Program-made: the position numbers and the translations under genes
Origin: Octopus vulgaris
Taxonomy: Eukaryota
Length of the DNA stretch: 64,000 bases
Direction of reading: 5' to 3'
NCBI GenBank assembly: GCA_951406725.2
Contig: OX597823.1
Span: 72,726,001 to 72,790,000, forward strand
Notes under the pieces: model-generated
Told to the model about the DNA's origin: nothing
What the model saw: only the letters and a program-made list of their open reading frames with translations
The model's database searches: none
In this document: piece after piece, positions 54,044 through 64,000 of the stretch
Numbering within the stretch: the first letter of the stretch is position 1
How the letters are laid out: each line of letters begins with the position of its first letter

Positions 54044-54160
54044 AATGGGTGAAATGCAAAATGGATGTTGCCAAGATTTGAAATCAGAACGTTAAAACAG
54101 GCGAAACACAGCTAACCATTTTGATTGTCATGCTAACGATCCTACCAGCTCGCCGCCTTA
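54004..54160 (-). mobile_element. tRNA-derived SINE family B, diverged
   Basis: The reverse complement begins taaggcggcgagctggtaggatcgttagcatgac..., as at 55254. Confidence 0.8.
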
Positions 54161-55253
54161 TACGCGGCTATAATAATATTTATAGAATTGTTTAAAGAAT
54201 GATTTGTTAAAATATAATTCTGAAATATGCATGGATGAATAATAAGTGTTCCAGCTAGTTGTTAAAACCAACAGTGTTTATAGGATTTGGGTTGCCAAAC
54301 TATATTGCCACGCGGTTCATCCATTCCTACTTCTTTTCTTTTCACTTCACTTATCTGACAATTATGGTTTGGAAAGAACTATTTCCAATCTCGTCTACCC
54401 TATAAATCAAAGCCCTTGTGATCTTGTATGAAATCAATAATACTAGTATTTCCAAATCATTTATTCAATAAATCGATATCACTAATTCTTCAGTATCAGC
54501 TAGCAGTATATTGCGTTCCACTCTTACATTCTGTATGTTTTCTAACCACAATGTCACATCATTAAAATGAGTGGGTGTAATATTGCAAAGGCGTATAAAT
54601 CCACAAGGCCAAATTCGCAAATATTGACTTTGCTTCGTAGTATATTTTATGATACATAAGTATTTAAGTGAAATTATCACACTACTGATGAGGGAAATGA
54701 AATAATACCCATAGGACACAAATTTGCTGCCATAATACACCGATCAAATGGAATTAACAATGGAATACTGTTCTCAGAACGTGGACAGTGTTGTTACTAT
54801 ACATGTATTAATATTAATCCATAGCATAAAATAGGTCAATCAAGAGAGTAAACAGAAGCCGTCTTCCATCCACACATGTCGGCTTTTTCACCCCACCTTT
54901 CCTCAGTTATAACGTCAGTGTCTGCTACTTCTGTACTAATTGTAAGTCATTTCTATTCTGGATTCAACGAAAGACAATTCAAGTTCTTCTTTTACAAAAT
55001 AGCTATCTTCTGAAATTCATCTTTTGGTGTTTTCTCTTTTGTGCTCAAATTGAAGTTGTTCATGGGCTACATCACTAAATACTTTACCGGTCACGCAGAA
55101 TTTGATAAGGCAACCGTCAGAGCCCCTACCTTTATACAACATTATTAAAACAAATTCTGATACGATGTGTCTGTTATTTGAACTCAATTAACATCCTGTA
55201 TAATACACATTACAAGTGATTACTTTAACACTTCTCTTATTTTATATGTTTTA

Positions 55254-55650
55254 AGGCGGCAAGCTAGCAGAAACGTTAGCACGCCAAGCGAAATGCGTAG
55301 CCGTATTTCGTCTGCCGTTACGTTCTGTGTTCAAATTCCGCCGAGGTCTACTCTGCCTTTCATCCTTTCGGGATCGATTAAATAAGTACCAGTTATGCAC
55401 TGGGGTCGATGTAATCGACTTAATCCGTCTGTCTGTCCTTGTTTGTCATCTCTGTGTTTAGCCCCTTGTGGGTAGTAAAGAAATAGGTATTTTGCCGGTC
55501 TCTACGTTCTGAGTTCAAATTCCGCCGAGGTCGACTGTGCCTTTCATCCTTTCGGGGACGATAAATTAACTGCCAGTTGAGTACTAGGGTCGATGTAATC
55601 GACTTAACTCTCCCCCAAACTCCCAGGCTTTGTGCGTATAGTGAAAAGAA
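55254..55650 (+). mobile_element. tRNA-derived SINE family B, dimeric (duplicated B-box plus core unit)
   Basis: Head aggcggcaagctagcagaaacgttagcacgcc. The unit tacgttctg.gttcaaattccgccgaggtc.act.tgcctttcatcctttcggg..gtcgatgtaatcgacttaa occurs twice (~55319-55423 and ~55503-55607). Confidence 0.9.
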
Positions 55651-56034
55651 CGCATGAGTGATTTTAGTCATTGTATATTGTATATGTTCGGGCAACATCT
55701 TCAAGTGTCAATCAAGTCGATTAAAATAGCATTATTCCTAATACAAAAGTTAGTAATTTTTTCCATTAATATATGACGACCTGCTAGGTTATTGGAAAAC
55801 GAAAGAACGCATCATAACTACAACAATTTCAGGACTGACGAAAGCCTAACCTCTCTTTCACTCTCACATGCACTTCTTTATAAAGGACTTTGACAGGCGA
55901 AGACTATCCTAATGTACACCGTGCACACAAACACATATGTATGTATATGTATGTATGTGTGTGTGTGGGTATGTATGTATGTATGTATGTATCTACGTAT
56001 GCACACATATACACATACACACTCACAAATACAC

Positions 56035-56240
56035 ATGTTCTCGTGGTTAATACGTGGCATCCATGATCGCAAGTTCGTGGCTTCCATTCACAGCTCATCG
56101 GTACGCTGTATACAGGAACAAAGAACTTCATTTCATGTTGCTCCAATCCACAAAACTCTAAACGGGTAGCCCAGCGCTGAACTGACTTTTCGTTCGGTGT
56201 GAGTGTTGTGCTACATGCCTACCCAGTGGGTAGCAACATT
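56035..56240 (+). mobile_element. Degenerate SINE related to family C
   Basis: gtggttaatacgtgg..atgatcgcaagttcgtgg..acttcatttcatgttgctccaatccac resembles 49730-49845. Confidence 0.55.
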
Positions 56241-56532
56241 CGCAAGATAAAGAAAGAAACGATGCACATTGTGACCAGTGGATTCGCATATGAATAGTGA
56301 ATACATGATTGAAGAGACATCAATTTTTCATTCAGATTTATGTATGCAACCACTGCACGGACAAAATCATGTTTCCAACTCTTAGTGTAGATGTTTAGAA
56401 CTAAGCAATTAAATGAAGTTAGTAGTCATACATCTGCCGTATCTGCTAATGTACAGCCCTTTAAGCCTTTACATATATTTACTTACAGCGCCATAAATAT
56501 GTCAAATAAAATTTATTCAATGAACCAGAAAT

Positions 56533-56595
<63 letters not shown>

Positions 56596-56909
56596 GCAAT
56601 TTTAGTGGAGGGGAAATGTTATGTTAGCTCAGAATTGGAAACAATATTTGTCATTCAAGCTTTAGTGAAGGATTCTTCTGTTCAGCCGTAGCGGTAGAGG
56701 CAAGCTCTAAAGCAACATTAGCAGCGTGTTTTGCAGGCAAGTAATTATCAGCCGTACCAGCTATGATCAACATCATCATCGCTATCGTCGTAGGAGCGGT
56801 GGTGGTGGTGATGGTGGCGGCAGAGGTAATGTGTTGGTGGTCGAGATAACGGTGTTAGTGATGGGAGTGTTGGTGAGGTGGTAGAAGTAATAATGCTAGT
56901 AGTGATGCT

Positions 56910-56910
56910 G

Positions 56911-56970
<60 letters not shown>
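56910..56970 (+). repeat. (GTA)n microsatellite in a GT-rich low-complexity tract
   Basis: Read directly from the sequence. Confidence 0.9.
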
Positions 56971-59249
56971 TGTACACCAGCAGCAGTGGCAACGGCAGCC
57001 ATAGTTGTCATTGTAATAGTAATTACTTGTGTTATCGTAGTGGTAATTTTGGACGTTTACCGATTTATCTCGATATCCAAAATAGATCTGTAGCTATGTC
57101 GTTAATACAACTAATATAATATGTACGGCGTCTTATATCTGCCTAGACCGAATCCTAATATCGTTATCGCAGGGCTTCTTTTGAAAATCACCTTTTAAAT
57201 TGCAATAAATATTGACAATAGTCCATGCGTTTAATATTAGATTATCATTTTGAAATGTAGTTTAATCAATAATTAATAATGTTATTTGATCACAGAAGGA
57301 ATTATATTTTTCAAATTGAAATGATTATTCCAAGCATAGGATGACGTCATTATTGAGTACTAAGCTTCATGCCTAGAGGGGTGGGGTTTTTTTCAATTTA
57401 ATTTAATTTAATATTGATACCATGCGATTATTCAGTGTTAACACTCAGTCGTGTAGCAGGAAAAAAAAATGTAATATAAATATACAGCAAACACTTGAAA
57501 TTATATAGAAAAAACTGAATACTGTTTGATGCACTTTAATTAATTTAATCAATTAATTTACAAGTTAGATAGAATCACTTCTCTGACGTTTTATGACAAG
57601 ATATAGGTCAAGACGTATACAAAACATATTCTTCCGCAGAAAATACTCTAATTTCCTTCACTTTTGCTTTTAGTTATAATTTCCGTTAATCTGTAGAAAA
57701 TTGTGAAACATAGTATCACTGTCCTTATGCATTTTCTTTGCTCATGCAACTTCTTTCATGGATGGAAGATTTGAAAACGGTTCACTTTCGGAAAAATGAT
57801 TATAAATATCCAGCAGTCAACATAATAATGACATTAATAAAACGCCGCAATTGGAATAAGTTAATATCATAGGATATGATTGATTTAAAACACTGTTTTC
57901 AGTTTCCAGACTGACAGAGACGCTTCTTATGCGCCTTATGAACAAATTCGATAAATTGGTGTTGAATGAAAAGAAGAGTGCAATTAAACCGTTACGTTTC
58001 GATATTTATGAATACCATTCCAGTTAGAACTCTAATACAGTAATAAATGCAAACGTGATTCTATGACTGATCGACCGAAATATCCCACCCGGTAGTTTTA
58101 GATACGGAATTTTACACAGTACTAAGCTGTAAGTTGAACAGAAACAGCTTGATCATTTAATTTCAGAAAAGATTGCGATATTTTCTATTTTCTATAAAGG
58201 GATGTGTAACCGGCCGGGTGAACAGGAAAAAGGAGAGGAAAGTTTAGCTCTGTAATTGATCATATCGAAAGGTAAATTGCCCACTAACCGCCTGCAGTAT
58301 TGAGGATATTACGCTTCGATTGAATCATTTAATTTTATTTCCACTACGAACGACTTTTAAACTCAAAATTTAGATCATACAATTGCCTTTCTTTGATAAA
58401 ATTCTTACTCTGATAACTTATGGCTTTCATAAATAGTCACATGTCATGCTAGTGATGTACCTTTTGTCGTCCTTTTGCCAGTTTAGTGTAACAACATTAG
58501 TATTTTCGCTTCTATAGTTTTACAAGAGAATGAGGTTTTGATTTTCTGTCCCAAGGAAACCATTATGTTAAAACTGCTTTTCAATGCATTCAGCAACTGA
58601 AACACTTCAAGCAATAAAATAAATATATGTGCATTAGCAGCATACGTATCGATTATATAGGTTGCCTTTTTTAAAGGAGTATCATTATCCAGACATCTCT
58701 CTCGTGTTCTTTTTCCTTCCTGATGACTATAATATATGATTTGCAGGTTTAAAAAAAAACGCAAGAAACTATCGTAATCGTACGACGATATCTTTGAGAC
58801 CGAATTTAACTGTGATAAGGATGAGGTCTAAATATACTATGAGGAATATCAATAGAAGTAAATAAAGGCTTTATACAGCAGCAGAACTCGTACACATGCG
58901 TGCGCTCACACACGCAGACACTCACACATACACATGCACGAACGCACACACACACACGCATACACATGCACGCACACAGAATCACACACGCACATGGTTT
59001 AACCCGTTAGAAGATTAAACAATGTCTATCCAACATGTCGTCCATGCCGGAATGCTGTAGCGGTTAAAATTAATGTTCAGCTTTGAATTTCTCTTGGATA
59101 CCGCTCCTAGTGAAGCATGAAGATACCCAATTTTGAGGAATTTCAGGCGTTTCATACAGATGTGGACAAAAATATTTAGTAGTTTTAAGGCACAGCACAC
59201 TAGACATGTTGGAGACGAAACAGTTTTATCAGGTAACATAACGTTTTGT

Positions 59250-59450
59250 ATACAACCTATAATATTCTGTGAGTTGTTATTGTCCCATTTCTGATTGTCT
59301 GATGGGATCAAAACAAGAGCCCATCTTATCCTTGTATACGATGAGCAGCGAAGAAACGGTTTTCGTTCTAAAACGAAATAGATTTTGAACAATAATTTTT
59401 GTCATCCTCTCTATATGCAATCTCCCTTAACTTGAGTTTGCATAGCCTTG
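59250..59450 (-). mobile_element. Possible Ty3/Gypsy RNase H end fossil
   Basis: Minus strand ..FFAAHRIQ(fs)RWALVL resembles the Gypsy motif AARLQRWALxL. Confidence 0.35.
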
Positions 59451-59949
59451 CATTTGTAATTTTTTTGTTTCTTGGGTAGGATAGAAGTCTCTAGTACATA
59501 TATAGCAGATCTACAGTTACAAGAGTTGTGTTTTCAGACAAAAATTATTCGATGGCGATAAGGAATATAATTTGACATTTAAAATTTTAGGAATGAATGC
59601 GATAATTCCCATTTGAGGATGGTGTGAGAAATTCAAGATGCTTATCGTTACATAGTGAGTATTATTGAAAAGAACACTATGTCAAAGTAAGAAAGAAACT
59701 TCCGGAGCACTGTTTGTAGTGATAGAATTTTCCAGAGAGGTTTTTGATTTTTGCACATTTATGTATTTGTTTTGAAAGATTCCAAGTGTGAGATCGTATG
59801 TTGAAACAAATATTGTTATATTTCCGGGAGGTCATTATTTTTTTCTTGTCAAATAAACACACATGCTCTATATTCATTCTTCACTCGTTTATTATTGCTC
59901 TTATTTTTCCTTATATTCATTGTCTGGAAATCTTTCATCACACACCTGT

Positions 59950-60320
59950 GACCTCTTCAGCGACATTTCCATCCCACGTTTATCCTACATTCGTGTTGCG
60001 TCCATGCTGTTGGCTATGGTGTGTATCCTTTTCTACGCATGTTTGCGTCTGTATCCGTTTCCGTGCTAGCACATCGTCCCAATCGAAGTCATGTATATTG
60101 AAAGATAATCTTTGGAGGATGTATTCAATCTCATTTCGATGCATGGTGTCTGGGTTTATTTATCCAGGTCCATCTCTTTTTACAGATATTCCTGAACAGC
60201 TTGTTCCTGAAATAAAGTGTTTTGGCAATAGTCTCTAAACGTTTCTCCTCTTTCATTTCTCCCATCGAATCCAAATTTTACGTCACGTTTCTCAGCTTGC
60301 CGCCTTTTCCCGACATTTGC
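59950..60320 (-). mobile_element. RTE-like LINE APE-endonuclease fragment
   Basis: Minus strand NVGKRRQAEK..FGFDGRNERGETFRDYCQN..KKRWTWINKP..RNEIEYIL fits the RTE APE pattern GxRNERG...RxWTWxSP..xNEIDYIL. Confidence 0.65.
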
Positions 60321-60399
60321 TTAGAAATCTCGCATTACGACGGTGCATGTTGATTTGTGAGAACGCACTTTTCTTACTCAAGATCGAATTCATTGATTT

Positions 60400-60790
60400 C
60401 ATCACCATCACTGATACATTTTGGTGCATTGATCAGGATAATCTTGAAGGGGGAATTTCCAGAGAAGCATGTGATGAAAACAAATGGAAGGATAGAAGAT
60501 TTGAGATCCATTTCTTTAACTTAAGGTTATACTACTTCTGTTTTACCCAGTCTCACAATACACGCAGCCACCCGTCTCAGATTTCATTCTCCCCTTCAAT
60601 GTTTTTCAAAGACTCCCATCACATCACATTTGATGTTACTCTTTCCTCTAAAAGATGAATTATTCAACGTTTCCTAGATTGAAGAGACGCAGATGTTCAT
60701 GGAAATGTCGATGCTAGGAATACGTTTGCGAGAGTATATATCTGAAACAAGATATACTGGATTGCATATGTCGTAGGTTTTACACACCAC
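60400..60790 (+). mobile_element. RTE-like LINE ORF C-terminal fragment
   Basis: Plus strand ETQMFMEMSMLGIRLREYIS fits RTE xTQRAMERSMLGIxLRDxI. Confidence 0.5.
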
Positions 60791-60844
60791 TGATGAACCC
60801 GTAAAGTTATTGAGTTCCAACAATCATAACAATGATAATAATAT

Positions 60845-61054
60845 TTTCAAATTTTGGCACTAAGGCAACAGGTTTAGGGGAGGGGTTAAGTTGATAGCAT
60901 CAGCCCCAGTGCTCGATTGATAGTTATTTGATCGACCCCGAAAGGATGAAAGGTAAATTCGGCCTCAGTTGAATTTGAACACAGAACGTAAAGTCGGACG
61001 GAATGTGGCTAAGTATTTTTCCCAGTATGCTGAAGATTCTGCAAGCTTACCCCT
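60845..61054 (-). mobile_element. tRNA-derived SINE family B
   Basis: Plus strand atcgaccccgaaaggatgaaaggtaaattcggcctc..gaatttgaacacagaacgtaaag is the reverse complement of the family-B core. The head abuts (AAT)n. Confidence 0.8.
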
Positions 61055-61055
61055 A

Positions 61056-61133
<78 letters not shown>
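61056..61133 (+). repeat. (AAT)n microsatellite (retroelement target)
   Basis: Pure AAT run immediately 5' of the R4/Dong copy. Confidence 0.95.
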
Positions 61134-61137
<4 letters not shown>

Positions 61138-62439
61138 TAACACTTAAGCTGTCCCAGTTATAAGTTACAGCTACAATATCCTTAACTGGACACTAAATGA
61201 ACTGACCAAAATAGATTGGAAAACAAGAAAAATAATGACAGGACCTAGGATGCATCACCCAAAATCTGACATAGAAAGACCATATATACAACGTATAGAA
61301 GGTGGTAGAGGCCTTATACAGCTGGAAAACTACTATAAAATAACCACCATAGGACTGCAAAAATATCTACTTCAGAAGGAAGGAAAACTGATACAAATAG
61401 CAGCAAACCACGAGCAAAACAAAATACTGTTCTCAGTATTTAAGGAAGCTGACAAATACAAACAAGAAATCATACCACCTAATAAATATGAAGAAGAAGA
61501 AGATGAAGAAGCAACAAAAGCTATAAAACAAATGAAATCCAAACTAAAACTAGAACAGCAAAGAACCATGATAAAATGATGGCAAGAAAAGACCCTTCAT
61601 GGTAAATACTGGACTAAACTAAATGCAAAAGAAATAGACAAAGAACAATCCCAGCAATGGTTGAGAAGCTCAGGACTCAAAGCAGAGACAGAGGGATTTT
61701 TAATTGCAGCACAAGACCAAAGCCTCCCCAACAGAAATTACCAAAAACATGTAATGAAAAGAAATATAACAAGTAACTGCAGAATATGTGGAGATGGACA
61801 AGAAACAATAAATCATATTATCTCTGGCTGCCCAGTCCTGGCTAAGAAGGAATATATTCACAGACATGAAAGACTTGGAACCTACATACACTGGAATCTA
61901 TGCCAACATTATGGAATAATATCAGAAAAAAGATGGTATAGGCACACACCAGAAAAGGTCACAGAAAACGACAAAGCAACCATACTCTGGGATATGCCGA
62001 TACACACAGATAGAGAAATTAAGGCCAACAGACCAGATATAGTTGTCAGAAATCATGAAGAAAAAAATGCTTTCTAATTGATGTATCAATACCAGCAGAT
62101 GACAACGTGTCTCTAAAAGAAATGGAGAAACTTTCAAAATACAAAGACCTGGAAATAGACGTAACCAGAATGTGGAATCTAAAAACAGGAACAATTCCTA
62201 TCATAATAGGTGCATTAGGCATGATAAACAATATTCAGACAAATACATAACAAAAACACCAGGACTTACAAACACATATAACATGCATAAAATTGCACTA
62301 CTAGGCACTGCACACATCCTACGCAGAACGCTTTCCATGCAATAACCATCAGAGCATCACAACAAATCACAGTACATACCCAAGGCACACAGAGCTGCGC
62401 TCGGTAGTGAAGTGAAAGCACGCTATAAAAATAAAACTA

Positions 62440-62442
<3 letters not shown>
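61134..62442 (+). mobile_element. 5'-truncated R4/Dong-clade RLE non-LTR retrotransposon
   Basis: Translation includes HPKSDIERPY..GGRGL, the CCHC knuckle CRICGDGQETINHIISGC, RHERLGTYIHW, and the RLE motif NRPDIVV..(fs)..IDVSIP..EKLSKYKDL..IPIIIGALG. There is a stop at 61577 and a frameshift near 62065. The 3' UTR ends ctactg(aat)n. Confidence 0.92.

Positions 62443-62493
<51 letters not shown>
62443..62493 (+). repeat. (AAT)n spacer between two tandem R4/Dong copies
   Basis: Pure AAT run. Confidence 0.95.
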
Positions 62494-62495
<2 letters not shown>

Positions 62496-64000
62496 GAGAG
62501 AACACCGGGGGACTTTTAAGATGTAAGAAGGAAAATTCAGAGCTCCGAAACCTATCCACAAACATCGAAAACAAGGACATCCTATGGAGCCAAAGTTTTA
62601 CTAACAAAGAATTGGACTGTATCCGAGTAAGTAATACAAACTGAAATTTATTACTATTTTCGAAACGAAATGATGTATTTTGACTCGATATCATCTCCAC
62701 CTCTAACGCAACACATGTAAGCATGCGTGAAACATCACGATCATCTCCGACCCCAAACACCATGTACAAAGGAACTACGAAGAAATTAAATGCCACCGAT
62801 ACTATTCAACCCAAGAATAACAATCGAGCGGTACGTACATTAAACCTACAACAAAAAATGTACGAAAAACTACACGTGCGAAATAATGTGACAACAGAAA
62901 TAAACGGACCGGTACCCTACGAAAATGACGACCGTCAAAATAATGGGCCGGACGTTGTACCTCATGTCCCGCAAATAAAACCCAAAAGACGTAAATGGAC
63001 ACGTGAGGAATACATTTCTATCTTACACGCATACTTCACAGCAGTACTCTACCCAAAAAATGAAAATACAACAACACATACATATAAAATATGGAAGGAA
63101 AATAATAGAGATTTAGACTTGGATACAGCAATGAACCCTAATAAATTAGCTAACGTACGAAGATACATTCTCAACACAAAAAAAATATCAGAAATAGAAA
63201 TAGAACACCTAAAAGAAAACATACACCAGGAAAATGTAGATAGAAGCCACACAACAACGCCCAATAATATAAACACTGAAACTGTAAAACACGAAGACAA
63301 ACGCAACATTCCCAACAAACACGATGTAAACAACGAAGGGGAGCCTAATGATTATGATAATATAAAAAATAAAATAATCAAAGAACTAAAAACCACAGAG
63401 CTCAAAATGGACCACCGACCATACCTCCCAAGAATAAAAATAAACGCAATAACAACACCAATTATAAACAACATAAACCTAGCCGTCACTGAACTAGCCA
63501 CTGAAACAAAAAAAAGTGATATCACTGAACTAAATGACTTGATATACGCAGCAGCCACTGCAGCCACAAAAGAAGCTGGATACTCACCCAAACCCGCCCA
63601 AACAGGAGTACCACCACCCAAACAAACCCTGTGGATAAATAACATCCAAAACAAAATAAAAAAAATTAGAAAAGACCTGTCGATTCTTAATGAAATCAGC
63701 AAACAAGCAACGCTACTGAGCAACAAAAAGAGAACAAAAATGCTCCGCAAATATAACACCACAGAAAAAGATTTGCCGGAGATAAAAGAAAAGCTGAAGC
63801 AAGATATCCTTGCCAAAGCTCAAAGGATCCGCCGGTACGAGAAACGCCAACGCTTCTTTGAACAGAACAAAAAGTTCAACTCCGACCCCAAAAAGTTCTA
63901 CCAAGAACTGGGCAAAAATAAAATAGAAGTCACTGCAGCACCAACGGCAGAAGAATTGGAAGAATTCTGGGGAGAAATATGGTCGGCGAACGAACCACCA
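62494..64000 (+). mobile_element. 5' part of an R4/Dong-clade retrotransposon (5' region and N-terminal ORF), continuing beyond the window
   Basis: Starts right after the AAT array and carries the open ORF described in the next feature. Confidence 0.85.
62723..64000 (+). CDS. R4/Dong-type polyprotein N-terminus (Myb-like domain and pre-RT region), partial, open at the window end
   Basis: Manually translated frame from ATG 62723 has no stop for 426 codons: ..KRRKWTREEYISILHAYF..LANVRRYILNTKKISEIE..ELNDLIYAAA..PPPKQTLWINNIQNKIKKIRKDLSIL..AKAQRIRRYEKRQRFFEQNKKFNSDPKKFYQEL..EELEEFWGEIWS. It is absent from the ORF track because it has no stop codon in the window. Confidence 0.85.
   Translation, partial: MRETSRSSPTPNTMYKGTTKKLNATDTIQPKNNNRAVRTLNLQQKMYEKLHVRNNVTTEINGPVPYENDDRQNNGPDVVPHVPQIKPKRRKWTREEYISILHAYFTAVLYPKNENTTTHTYKIWKENNRDLDLDTAMNPNKLANVRRYILNTKKISEIEIEHLKENIHQENVDRSHTTTPNNINTETVKHEDKRNIPNKHDVNNEGEPNDYDNIKNKIIKELKTTELKMDHRPYLPRIKINAITTPIINNINLAVTELATETKKSDITELNDLIYAAATAATKEAGYSPKPAQTGVPPPKQTLWINNIQNKIKKIRKDLSILNEISKQATLLSNKKRTKMLRKYNTTEKDLPEIKEKLKQDILAKAQRIRRYEKRQRFFEQNKKFNSDPKKFYQELGKNKIEVTAAPTAEELEEFWGEIWSANEPP

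Noticed and set aside
63049-63904. Minus-strand hydrophobic ORFs (94-154 aa)
   Set aside because: They are antisense shadows of the A-rich R4/Dong ORF on the plus strand.

Overview
AT-rich eukaryotic, gene-poor DNA. The SINE families and very dense (TA)n/(CA)n/(AAT)n/(TCTA)n microsatellites suggest an octopod cephalopod genome, but this is an inference from repeat content. I found no credible host exon, rRNA, true tRNA or CRISPR array, and almost all ORFs in the supplied track are microsatellite translations. The window is a transposon graveyard. It holds R4/Dong-type RLE retrotransposons inserted in (AAT)n, including one with an uninterrupted 426-codon ORF that runs off the right edge and is missing from the ORF track. 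It also holds a non-coding (AAT)n-embedded ~550-bp element (2 copies), CR1-like and RTE-like LINE fragments, three tRNA-derived SINE families, a full-length decayed Tc1, mariner fragments, a Helitron PIF1-helicase fragment and a Penelope-like RT fragment. The most notable structural signal is a high density of fold-back (inverted-repeat) units, mostly in (TA)n, including a perfect 40-bp hairpin copied from a diverged SINE. I cannot support a wholly new biological system. The best leads are microsatellite-targeted retroelement stacking, a SINE/LINE pair sharing a 3' end, and Penelope-like fold-back elements with hammerhead-like cores.
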